Part shown: piece by piece, positions 20,566-43,900 of the stretch | Position numbering within the stretch: the first letter of the stretch is position 1 | Layout of the letters: each line of letters begins with the position of its first letter | NCBI RefSeq assembly: GCF_016433145.1 | Contig: NC_058133.1 | Span: 26,587,791 to 26,645,602, forward strand | Direction of reading: 5' to 3' | Source: Gracilinanus agilis | Lineage: Eukaryota | Length of the DNA stretch: 57,812 nt | Notes under the pieces: model-generated | What the model was told of the DNA's origin: nothing | Databases searched by the model: none | What the model saw: the letters and a program-made list of their open reading frames with translations, nothing else | Position numbers and translations under genes: made by a program

Positions 20566-22407
20566 GTGAGCTTTGGGGGCGTCCCGGGGTGCGGGGATGA
20601 CATAGAAGTTATCCCCCTTTATTTTGCAGGCGAGGAAACTGAGGCACGGGGAGGGGAGGAAAAGGAGGTTCTAGAAGGTCCCGGAGCTGGGCGTCCAGAG
20701 TCTTGGTTGCACAGGAGATAAACTGAGGGAAAGGGGCTTTCTTCCTGCCTAGGACCCCAAACCCTCAGGAAACTGAGGCCCGGGCACCCCTTCCTCTCCT
20801 AGAGGAGAGCCCTGGGGTGGAGGAAGGGCGGGCTCCTTATCAGGAGCAGCCAGGCGCAGCGGTGGGAGCTGGGCCTGGGCTCCACCCTCAGGAGAATCGA
20901 TCTTTCTGAGCCCATTCCGCGGCGCCCCCCAGCCTTAGCACCTCCCGGGCCCCAGTCTCCCCATCTGGGCAAGAGGCTGGTTGGCCCCGGCCCCTCTAAG
21001 CCTCTGGCACTCCCCCCCCCCCCCCCCCCCACCCCGGATCCACCCTGCTGCCACGTGCCTGTGTCTGACCTCCCCACCTCCTCCTGGAGGGAAGGCTATC
21101 TGGGCCTTCCTGATAGGAACCCCCCAACCCCCACTGCCTTAAGAGGGGCAGCTCTCTATCCTGTGACCTCCACTCTGCCCTTTTTGAAGGGCAATTAACT
21201 GGTTGGATTCTCCAGCATTCCTTGAGTGCCTGCTATGTGCAGCCTGGGTTAGCCTTCCCCACTCCAGAGATTCCCCATCCCCTCTGTGGGGGGTATAAAG
21301 TAAAGGAGGCCTGGAGCTACCAGGCCTGGAGGCAAAAGGCCTAGGTTCAAATGTGGCTTCAGACACTTCCTAGCGCTGGGTTTTCTTCTGTTTTAAGATT
21401 GATACTAAGACATAAAACAAAGGTTTTTTAAAAGGAAGACAAATTAGGCTGTTGAGCATTTGACCCTGGTTCTGGTTGATTTTGGAAAGGCTAGATGACT
21501 CCTCTTAAGCTTTACCTACTGAGGATAAATATTTCTGCCTGAATTCATCTAAAACACAGTTATGGAGGCAGCCAGGTGGCACAGCAGATACAGCACCTGG
21601 ACTGAAGGTGGAAAGCCTGAGTTCAAATCTGGTCTCAGATACTTCCTAGCTGTGTGACCCTGGTCCAGTCACCAATACCTATTGGCCATCTGTCTTAGAG
21701 AATTGTTACCATTAACTGGGGAAAAAAAAACACAGAACTATTAAATAGTCAGAAAAACCACTCTTTAATTAAGGAAAGGGGTTTGGTGATTTGCTCAAGA
21801 TCTCCACACAGAGCTGCATGCTATACATACATAATATGGAAATAAGTTGTATAATCCAATGGAATTGCTTGTCAGTTCAAGGGGGAGGGTGGTAAAAGGG
21901 AACATAAATCGTGTAACCTTGGAAAAATACTTTAAAATAAATTAATTTTTAAAAAACCCTCAGTGATGGAGCTGGTGCCCCAAGTTCAGAAAGCCAATGA
22001 AATCATGACCCCCATAGAAAAGAACCAGCTCTTATGGGTCAGCGGTAGCCAGATGGGAAGCCTAGACTTTACTGAGAGGATGCCTTCAGAGCTGGCATGG
22101 AGATGGAGAAACACAGGAAGAGACCCCTGCAAGGCCCAGTGTCACATTCATGGTGTTGAGCCTGGTTGATACTCTGGAATATCCAGGCCACAGCACAGAG
22201 GCCCAGCTTCTGGCCTGCGCCCATGCCCCTACCTAGTACCAGACCCCCAGGGCGAGTCATTTACACTTGCTGCAGCCCCTGGTGGGAAGAAATACCTCCC
22301 TGGGGGCTCTCATGCCATTGCAATCACAGGACCCATCCAGTACTGGCTTTTGATGTCAAATTCTGGTTTATTTTTCCCCCCTGCATTCCCTACTCAGACC
22401 ATAAGCC

Positions 22408-34299
<11,892 letters not shown>

Positions 34300-34436
34300 C
34301 AAGAACGCCGCCGGGAGAAAAGGCATAATTTATTACGAATTGTTCTTTTTTTTTTTTAATTCAGTTTTTATTCTTTTAAGCACAGAGAATGTTTTCATGC
34401 TGAAAGGAAATAGTTTTATTGTGTCTAAAATTTTAC

Positions 34437-34442
34437 ATTAAA
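34437..34442 (+). terminator. ORC1: Probable ORC1 poly(A) signal ATTAAA
   Basis: ATTAAA about 140 nt after the stop codon, in a U-rich 3'UTR. Confidence 0.55.
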
Positions 34443-34602
34443 TATTTAGTTTTCATCTAACATAGAGCTTTGGGGTGAGTAACATGACTTGACATTGGCA
34501 CATCAGCCACCACAGCCCCCTAAAGGCGCCTTGGCATGACCTCAGGGTGGCTGGTGATGGCTTCTGTCCAATTATAATTTTTGCCAGTTAAAAAGGGAGG
34601 TG

Positions 34603-34780
34603 ATGGGACAGCTCAGTGAATAGAGAGCCAGGCCTGGAGATGGGTGGGCCTAGCCTCAGATACCTTGGGTAAGTCACTTCACCTGTTTCCTAGCCCTGAC
34701 CACTCTTCTGCCTTTGGGACCACTACACAGTAATGATTGTAAGAAGGAAGGTGAGGGAGGGTTTTATTGTTTTTTAAAAG
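34603..34780 (+). mobile_element. SINE1_Mdo-like SINE
   Basis: CAGCTCAGTGAATAGAGAGCCAGGCC..CACTCTTCTGCCTT..GAAGGTGAGG. Confidence 0.75.
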
Positions 34781-34899
34781 GGGGTGATTTCTCAAATATC
34801 TGGAGAATTCCTATAAACAAGATACACTCAAGTCACTGGGAAAGGTGATCAAGATGAAAGTACTCTGGGTTAATGGTCAATTTTCAGGGGGAGATAAGA

Positions 34900-37800
34900 T
34901 CTGGTGCTTGTTCACTCTGCAACCCTGCCTGCAGGGAGCTTATCCTTGTTACTGATCCAAGAAAGAAGTCAATTTGCCAAGAAGAAAACTGATCAGTAAA
35001 TCCAGGGAATGCCCACAAGCCAAGCCAGGTTAGTAAGGATGAGTCTGAGAAAGCAGCATGGCCAAGCTCTCAGCCACAATTACTCCAGAAAAGATGTAAG
35101 AAGAGTACCAGATCCAAGAACAATAAGGAAATCCAAGGAGAAACAATAGTGTGCGGTGTTTTCCCCTCCCACGTGCCTAGAACCTGGGAAACTGACCCCT
35201 TGGGTCCCATTGAAAGACTGCCGTTCCTGGCCAACCTGGAATCTTTGAGGGACAACACCCATGACCCAGAGAACACAGCATCAGGACCTCGTGATGCTTC
35301 ATGCCCCATTTGGGGTTTTCTTGGCAAAGATGCCAGAGTGGTTTGCCATTTCCTTCTCCAGCTTATTTTACAGATGAAGAAACTGAGGCAAATAGGGTTA
35401 AGTAATTTGCTTGGGATCACAGCCAGGAAGTGTCTGGAGCTGAATTTGAACAAAACCCCAACATTCTCTGAAGAGGTTCAGAGCCTGGTCTAATTCAGGA
35501 AATGAAGTAGGGAAAATAAATAAGCAAAAAAGGACACCAGTGAAAAAGAGCTTTTCTAGAGACAGCAACACCTAAGACAAATCCAGAAGAGAATAACTCC
35601 ATCTACCAGTAAAGCCTCAAAAAACATACAGCTTGGCCATAAGATAACCTGGAACTGAAAGAAATGATGGGAATTTTTTTTTCTTAGTTAAGAACGATAC
35701 TACATGTTGCAGCTGGCACAACATAAAAGTTCAGGGCAAGGTCCTAAACTACGGGGGAACTGGGCACAAAATATGGAATTTAAGAAAAAAAGAAAGAAAA
35801 AAGACTACCACACAGTATTGAGTTCAGAGAAAATCTCAGTTGCCTCCCTTCCTGAGGGGTTTTTGGCCAGAGATTCTGTTACATATCAACACTCATTGAT
35901 TATATCTGATATTGTTAAAATCATTATCTGGGAGAAGATGGATGCCACCTTGACTGACTGGGATGGCAGTTGAGAGATTCAAAATGTTCCCAGGTGCCAT
36001 GAGCCAGGGGCAAAAGTTGGTTGGCCCCACCCTGTAAATACCCGCTAAGAACTACAGTTGAGGTCTCATAACCCCAAGCTGGGACTTGAGCAAACTTCTC
36101 TTGGAGCAAGAACTGGGATAGGGGGAAGTGAAGGGTGGTAGAAGAAGAGGGTAGGCCTGAACCTGTAACCTGTACTTGACTGTGAGAGAGCTAGTGATTC
36201 ATCAATATTATTGGTAGTAGAGCTGAGAGAATATACAGATCATCAATCAACATCTACATAAATAGCCTTCCCTATTCTCTGACTTGGCTGTGGCCAGGTC
36301 AGGTCAGAGTTAGTGAGAGGGTGAAGACCTCAAGCCTCTACCAGCCTAGCAATCTCCAGTCCTGATCAACAATTAGCTTAGTAGCCAAACAATAGCAATA
36401 GGGCTCCCAATCCCCAAACCTATTACCTGTTATCCTTTCCCCATCAATAGTTAATATAGTGATTTAACAAGTACCTTCCTGAGTGGTTATTCTATCACAG
36501 CCCTTAGGAAGGGAGAATATGCAGTCAGATACCAACTTTCCAAAGCCAATCAATAGCTAATTAACAACTAATCCAACCTCAGGTTGGGCCTAGAGAGGTT
36601 AACCATCTACCTAACCTCTCAAGAGGTGCCAACCTGGGCAATTGTTAGAAGGAAGCCACTGACAGGCTTAACCAACCAAGCCTGTCAGAGAGAGAAGAGG
36701 GATAGATCAAATCAATAGCTATTGTGAGGAGTGGCTGTTCCTCCTTCACCAACTATACCTGGCTTAGGCCTTGGGCATCTGATCCCTCCATCATCCATAC
36801 AATCCCCAAGATCCACACCAGCCATCCTCTAATATCTAGAAGGAAGATCTCTAGGGAGATAGTAGTAGTAATAGGAGGAGATACAAAGAAAGAAAGAACA
36901 AACCATATATCTCCAACATTCCTCATTTCTTTTTAACAATATCAAGGACATAAAGAATGAACAATGCAGTGGGTTACAGTAATCAGTCCTGTTACAACTT
37001 GGTTAATAGTATTTCTATTACAGTCAAAGTTCACTTTTTTTGTGTGTCTGAAATGTTTGCTAAGGAAATAGAAAAGATGGAAGAAGATTCTTGATAGAGA
37101 AGTTATCTAGAAGACCATAGGACTGGCAATTCCTTCTACTCTTATCTAGAGGGGAGCTTTTGAAATGTAAATTCCCATGTTGGTTGTAAGGATAATCAGA
37201 AGTGCCAGAATGGTCACTGGAGCTGCTGAAGCTTCCTAGATTGTCTGTTGAGCAATTCCAAATTAGGTTAATAATAATAGATTAGTGAATTTGGTAGAGA
37301 TCCCACTAATTGTTTTTTCATTGAAGGTTTGAGCACTTATTAAATAACCATGTGAATTCCGGATATGGCCACAACAAGAAAATTGCCTTTACTATAATAT
37401 CTTGTTTTATATTGGACCTTGACCTTTGCCATGAGGCCTCAATGTGGGCATTTCAGCATCCCAGGATTGGTTAGCGCTTATGTTCCCCTCACTACAAATA
37501 AAATGAAAACTATGGAGAGGAATTAGAAAAGAAATGAGTGCTAGAAATAGAAAGGTTTGGAAGGAAATGAATAGCTTAGTTCAAAAGGTACAAAACCTTC
37601 CTAGTAAACTGAAATAAGAAATGGTCAAGTCAACTTATTAGGAGGACGTGAGCTCAAATTTAACATCAGGAACTTCCCAGATGTGTGACCCTGGGCAAGT
37701 CCCTTCAACCCCATTGCCATTCTTCTGTCTTAGAACTGATATTAAGAGAGTAGGTATGGGTTTAAAATATATTAGAAGTTTGAGGTGATAAATGACAGGT

Positions 37801-38599
37801 TTTGACAAAATAAGGTAGGAAGATTTGCTGAAAAACCAAATGGTCAATTTTGATTTTTTTTAAAAAGTGAGTTGTATAAGTAAAACCAATGCAGCTAAAA
37901 TTAGAAGCTAAGAATTAAATGTGGGGAGAAGAGAATAAATTACAGGAAATTTCTCTGTTAGAGATGTTCTGATTTCTGACTTGTTTGTAAGGAAATGGTT
38001 CAGATGTATAAGACTAAGAGATATTCCTCAATTCGTCCAAAGAGCAAGGGTTCAATGGAAGAAATCCAAGCTATTAATAACCTTTTTTAAAAATGCTTCA
38101 AATGACTAGTAATTAGAACAATGCAAATTAAAGCACCTCTGAGGTTCTACCTCACTTATCTGGAAATTAACTGCTCTAAGGCTGTGGGAAAACAAGGTCA
38201 TTTAAGGCATTGTGCCCAAACACTTGGAAAAGCAATTTGCTAATGTGCTCTCCAAAATCAACTATGCAATTTCTTTGAACTAGTATCATCATTACTGGGC
38301 TTAAACCCAGATTTTTTTTTAAATTAAAGGAAAACAGCCCATAAATATGAAAATATTTATATCTCCTTTTTGGTTGTAAAGAACTGGAAACTAAGCGGCT
38401 TCCCATCAACTGGAAAAGGGTGATACAAATTAGGATATATGGACCTTAGTAGGATGCTATTGTGCAGTAGAGAATGATCAAAGCAATAGTTTCAGAGAAA
38501 TCTTAGAAAACTTGTCTGAACTGATACAGAGTGAAGTGAGCAGAACCAAGAAATCCAATTATGGGATAACAATTTTGAAAGGCTTAGGAACTCTCAGTG
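34900..38599 (+). mobile_element. Degraded L1 remnants (ORF1-like, ORF2 3' end) disrupted by LTR, MAR1 and SINE insertions
   Basis: A-rich ORF1-like tracts (35500-35700, 37500-37620) and clear L1 3' motifs at 38040-38599 (GAACTGATACAGAGTGAAGTGAGCAGAACCAAG). Confidence 0.5.
35913..36938. mobile_element. Solo ERV1-type LTR, family A copy 1 (1026 bp)
   Basis: Termini TGTTAAAA...TTTTAACA; 4-bp TSD ATAT at 35909-35912 and 36939-36942; homologous to 38600-39517. Confidence 0.88.
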
Positions 38600-39517
38600 T
38601 GTTAAAATTATTTGGGACAAGATGGATGCCACTTTGAATGACAGGACCAGCAGTTGAGAACCTTGGAATGTTCCCGGGTGCAGGGAGCTGAGGGCAAAAA
38701 GCAGTTGGCCCAAGCCCTATAAATACCCCCAAGGGAAAAGTCAAGTAGGCTCATTTTGGAGCAGGATCTTGGGAAGGTGGGAGGTGAAGGGTGAAAGGGG
38801 TAGGCCTGAAACCTATGACCTGTTATCCTACTGAGAGAGCTAGTGGTCAATCAACACCATTGATATTGGAACTGAGAGAGTATACTGATTCATCTATCAA
38901 CGTCATCATCAATAGCCTTACCTAATCTTTGCCTTGGCTCTGGCCAAGTCAGGTCAGAGTTAGTGAGAGGGTGAAGAACCTCTAGTATCTATAAGCCTAG
39001 GAATCTCCAGAATCTCCAACAACTAGATTAATAAGCAATCAATTAGCAATAGGGTTCCTAGATCCTCAATCCTGCTACCTTGTTTTCCTTACCCCATCAA
39101 TAATTTCATTATAGTGTTTTACCAACAAGTACCTCTCCTGAGTGGTTATTATACCAAAGGGAAGAGGAGATCAATAATCAAGTCAGATAACGTTTCCAAT
39201 AGCCCTTATTATAATAACTAATCCAACCTAGAGAAGTTTACCATGCACTCAACCTCTCAGGGTTCCCTGCCTTGGGCAAACTGTTACAAGGGAACAACTG
39301 ACAGCTTTAATCAATTAAAGCCTGTCAGGGAGGAGAGGCATAAATTGTATGTGAGGAGTATGTGTTTCCTCCCTCACCAACTATAGCCAGCCTAGGCCTG
39401 GGCAGATAATCCCTCCTCCATCCATACTCTCTCTGAGATCTATATACAATCATCTCAGAAGATCCAGGAGACTGAGAGATAAAGATGTTTTATCCACCCA
39501 CTCATTTCTTTTTAACA
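38600..39517. mobile_element. Solo ERV1-type LTR, family A copy 2 (918 bp)
   Basis: Termini TGTTAAAA...TTTTAACA; 4-bp TSD AGTG at 38596-38599 and 39518-39521; TATAAATA at 38718-38725. Confidence 0.9.
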
Positions 39518-39639
39518 AGTGCAATTCTCAAAGCATGATTTCTGAGGACTGGTGATAGTCTCTGCCACCCACAAAAATAGGCCCCCCTGTCCGCCGGCCC
39601 TCTCTGCTCTTCTGCCTTGGAACCAAGCCTTAGTATTGA

Positions 39640-39837
39640 GTCTTTTTTTTCAAACCCCCACTTTCCATCTTAGAGTCAATACTCTGTATTGGTTCCAAAG
39701 CAGAGGAGTGGTAAGGGCTAGGCAGTGGGGGTCAAGTGACTTGCCCAGGGTCACACCACTGGGAAGTGTCGGGCTAGATTTGAACCCAGGACCTCTCTGG
39801 GCCTGGCTCTCAATCCACTGAGTAACCCAGTTGCCCC
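39640..39837 (-). mobile_element. SINE1_Mdo-like SINE nested antisense in another SINE tail
   Basis: Flanked by the 12-bp direct repeat CCTTAGTATTGA at 39628-39639 and 39838-39849. Confidence 0.85.
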
Positions 39838-39899
39838 CCTTAGTATTGATTCAAGACGGGAGGTGAGTTAAAGAAAAAAGCGTGTTGTCCCTGGGCTTG

Positions 39900-40960
39900 A
39901 GCTCCGCAAGACCGAACTGTTCTACCACTGGCCATAGTGTCCGCAGCCTCCGGGGTCTGGCTCCCCAAAGGCAGGGCACTGCTGGCCTCCTTCCCCGCAT
40001 TCCCCTTCTTGGTCTGCGCCCTGGTCCCCCGACCCAGGCGTGCAGAAGTTTAGCAGCTTCTAGCGGATTCCAGGACTGCTGCGGGAGAGCGTGCAGGGTA
40101 CCAGCGCGAGATTGGGGGGGGGAGGGGAAAAACAAGCAACAGACGCATGCGCAGCTCGCTCCCTTCTGGACCATGCGCCACACTCCTGGCCCCGCCCCTC
40201 TCGGCCCTTGGACTCTCAGGCGGGTCTTCCCGCCGGTTTCTGGGCCTCGCACTTCCGCATTCTTCACCGCCCCTCCCGCCCTAGGCCCCGTCCCCTTCTT
40301 CACAGACCCGCCCCTGCCCCATGGCCCCGCCTCTCGCGCACCCCGGGCCCCAACCCTCAGCACGACGCTTGCGCGTTGGGCGCCGCCCGGTCCGGGGTCA
40401 CGTGGGGGGCGGTGCGGACTCGTCGCGCGCGGCCTTCGGGGGCTTTCGTTTGCCTCTTCGAGACCGGAGTGAGGGAGTGGCTGAGGCGGAGGCGGGGACG
40501 GGGGCGGGGGGTGAGTGGTGTTCGGGGGCGCATGGAGGGGGTGCGGACCCCTCCCGACATCGCACCTCATTCTGTCCAGCCTGCGCCCCACCTTGGGCCA
40601 GGTGTGGAGGGCGGGGCCCAGGTGGGGGCGGGGGCTGGGGAACCCACAGGACCCCCAGGGTCACCGAAGGGTTACCTGGACTTGTCCCGCCCCTACATTC
40701 CGGGCGGGCGACGCCCCGGACAGCGACCTCCCACCTCGAGCTCTAGAGCCTTGGGTCCTCAGGAATTCTCCCTGGATTGTGGGGTTCTAGGGTCTCGGCT
40801 CTGGACGGAGTCTGAGCCGGGGTCCCTCCCCTAATCCTTTCCCACCCAGGGTCATCTGGAGGCGGCCGAGGCTGACATGCCCGGACAAAGACCCAGGAAG
40901 GGCCCCAAGGCTCGCGGCCAGGGGGTGGCGGCAGCTAAGCAGGTATGGAGGAGGGTCCTC
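39900..40960 (+). promoter_or_regulatory. CC2D1B: CC2D1B CpG-island promoter and first non-coding exon region
   Basis: CpG-dense; NRF1-like ACGCATGCGCA 40143-40153, several GC boxes; candidate donors GTGAGG 40469 and GTGAGT 40511; acceptor before 40850. Confidence 0.8.
40877..40942 (+). CDS. CC2D1B: CC2D1B first coding exon
   Basis: MPGQRPRKGPKARGQGVAAAKQ. Confidence 0.93.
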
Positions 40961-43900
40961 CCCCACCTGGGGGCTGGCCCCATTGTACAGAGGAGGTGAC
41001 TGAGGACGGGGGAGGGGCAGGGACCCAGCGTCCAGCCTGGGTGGTGACTCCATCTGTAACTCCATCTCCCTCTTCCCTGCTGGGTGGCAGGTACCCAGGA
41101 ACAAAGCAAAGGCTAGGTGAGATTCAACAAAGAATGAATGTTTGGAGGCTCAGTTTGGGCCCACCTTGGCCCGAGCAGAGGAAGCCAGCCTCATAGAAGT
41201 GAGACCTGGAGGCAGAGGCTCTGATTCCAGGATCAGGAATAAATCTCATTTTCTTCCTCTAACATGTAGGGACCCCCTTCCCCTCCCCTTGTCAGTGATT
41301 CCTACAAGGTTTCATGGAAGAGAGGTTTGGAGTTAGAGGCCCTGGGTTCAAATCTCCACTCTTTTACTTCCCTCCTATTGGTGTCACTTTGGGCAAATTT
41401 CTAACTGCTGTCAATCCTGTGCTCCTCAGGGCCTACCCCTGGAGCTGCAACTGGTACCTCAGGGTTGCCCCCTCCCCAACCCTTACAGCTGATGCCCTCA
41501 GGCTGTGCTGTTCCTGATAGGTCATAGGTTTGGGTGAAAGGTCCCAGGAACCAGGGGCCTTTGGAGGTTCCAAAGGCTGAGTGAATGTAGGGCATCTGAC
41601 AGAAGAGTCATTTCATTCTTCCAATGATTGGGTCTGCCATGCACTGAGCACCCATCTGCCTTAGCTCCTGAAGAGCCTGAAGGCAGGAACAACCAAGCTC
41701 AGATCTGGCCTCAGATACTAGCAGTGTAACCCTAGGTAAGTCACTTAACCCTGTTTGCCTCACTTTCCTCATCTATAAAACAAGCTGAAGAAGAAAATGG
41801 CAAACCACTCCAGGGTCTTTGCCAAGAAAACCCCAAATGAGGTCATGAAGAGTGAAGCAACTGAAAAATGACTGACCAAAATGCACCAGCTTCCATACCT
41901 GGGCTAGAGATACCAAGTCATGCCATGAACCTGCCTTTAAGGAGCTTTCATTCTGAAAGGAGATAAATTATAGGTATAAGAGTAACTAATACAATGGGAA
42001 TAGAGGAAACAGCTAGGAAAAGTCGAGGGGGTTCTGAGCCCTGGGGTGTGCCAGCATCTGGTTCTGGATATTGGATGCCATTGGAGAGACTTAGAAATAT
42101 TTATTGAATTGGACTACATCAAAATAAATGTAGAGCTGCAAGGAACTGTTATTGTTCAGTTGTGGCTGATTCTTGCCCATGACCCCATTTGGGGTTTTCT
42201 TGGCAAGGATAATGGAGTGGTTTGCCATTTCCTTCTCCAGTTCATTTTCCAGAGAAGAAACTGAGGCAGTTAAGTGATCTGTCCAAGTTCACATAGCTAG
42301 AATGTCTGAGGCCAGTGAACTAAGGAAGATGAATTTTCCTGACTCCAAATCTAATGCTGTATCTACTCTACCATTTAGGTGCCTCATATAAGAATATGAG
42401 GCCCTTGAGCCCTCATTTTACAGATGAGAAAACTGAGATCTGAAAAAGGAAGGAAACAAGCCTTTATTAAACACCTACTTTGTGTCAGGCATGGTACAAA
42501 TATCATCTCATTTGATCCCCACACAATGCTAAAAGATATTATTAATTGCATTTTACAGTTGAGGAAACTGAGATAATTGGTAACCTGGAGAGGTTGTCTG
42601 GCTCCCCCAAACACTGTTCTCAGACCCCATTCCTAGTCCTTATATGACCCACATAGGGTCTTTTTAAAAAAAACAACAAACCTTTTATTGGTCCCAAGGC
42701 AGAAGAATGGTAAGGGCTGGGCAGCAGGGATTAAGTGACTTGCCCAGGATCACACAGCTAGGAAGTGTCAAGTCAGATTTGAACCCAGGACCTACAGTCT
42801 CCAGGCCTGGTGATCTATCCCTTGAGTCACTTACCCCAAGGTCTTATAGCCAAAGTAAACGTCTTAGGTAGAATTTGAATGCAGGTCTTCTAGACTTAAA
42901 CATTGAGCCACTAGACCATGATGAGATGAGCTGAGTACCCTATTTCTTTATAACAGATGCGATTTAAGGCAGGGCCCCTGCCCTCAGGGGACTTATTAAG
43001 GATAGGAGACACAGGCTCAGGGAATCCAATCCCAGAATGGTATAAGCCCATCAGAAAACTGCAAGGATCCAGTGCTAGATGAATTCTGAGGAAGACTTCC
43101 TAAGGGAGGCAGCACTTCAGTGAGACTTTAAGGGGGAGTCAGGGCAGAGCACTGATTGATGTTCAGAGTCCAGTATGGGGAGAGGAGCATGAGGTGAGCT
43201 GGACAGCTAGGTCAGGGCCTTCTTGTGAAGTCTCCAGAGGGCCAGGAGAAAAGGTTTGTGCTTTATATTAGAAGGCAACAGGGAACCATAGAAGGTTTTT
43301 GGAGTTAGATCTGGGAGTCAGATTGGTTTAGAGCTAGAGCCAATCTTGGAGACAGGGACAGCTTTCTTACAAGAAGCCATGGGACCTGGCCAGGCTGGCG
43401 TCTGTGAGTGGAAAGAGGAAAGTGAGAAAGGGTGAGATTTGGCCCCACACTAGATCTGTGCCATGAATTCATGTGAGAGTTGAAGATGGCACCTGCCATG
43501 TCTGAGAGGATGAAGGTGCCAGTGTGGACGAGCGAGGGTTGTTGGGAGAGGAGATGATGAGCTCTGGGATGGAGGTAGATGCTCAGGAGAGGAGGGGTGA
43601 GTCTGGATTTCTCTTAGGCGACACCCAGCCACAGTGACCATTGCTCTTGAAGGCCACCTCCCTGGGGGAGGCATAGAGAGAGCCTGAGGGATGGCTGGGT
43701 GGGTGTAGGCTTCCCGGAGCACCGAGGCCTCTGGTCCCCAACCTCTGCCCCCGTTCCTTGACCTCAGCCCTGGAATGGGAAAGGGAGATGGGAGCATCTG
43801 AGGACAGAGGCTGGCCTTTGGTGGGATTCCTTTCCTTGGTGCAGAGACAATAAGGCCTAGGGTCTGAACTCAGATCTGCCATGTTGTTCATGTTCAAGTT

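Larger units (their letters stand above)
20080..20570. promoter_or_regulatory. Bidirectional CpG-island promoter of PRPF38A and ORC1
   Basis: Head-to-head genes, CpG-dense. YY1-like CGCCATTTT 20081-20089, ETS CACTTCCGG 20123-20131, palindromic CRE TGACGTCA 20203-20210, several GGGCGG boxes, TTTGAA 20338-20343. Confidence 0.88.

Noticed and set aside
35913-39517. Complete provirus (LTR-internal-LTR)
   Set aside because: Each LTR has its own different TSD, the copies are clearly diverged, and the spacer contains L1 and SINE sequence with no gag/pol ORF.
39851-40834. Long overlapping ORFs (up to 247 aa) at the CC2D1B 5' end
   Set aside because: Typical CpG-island ORF noise, low-complexity Pro/Arg/Gly, with no homology I recognise.
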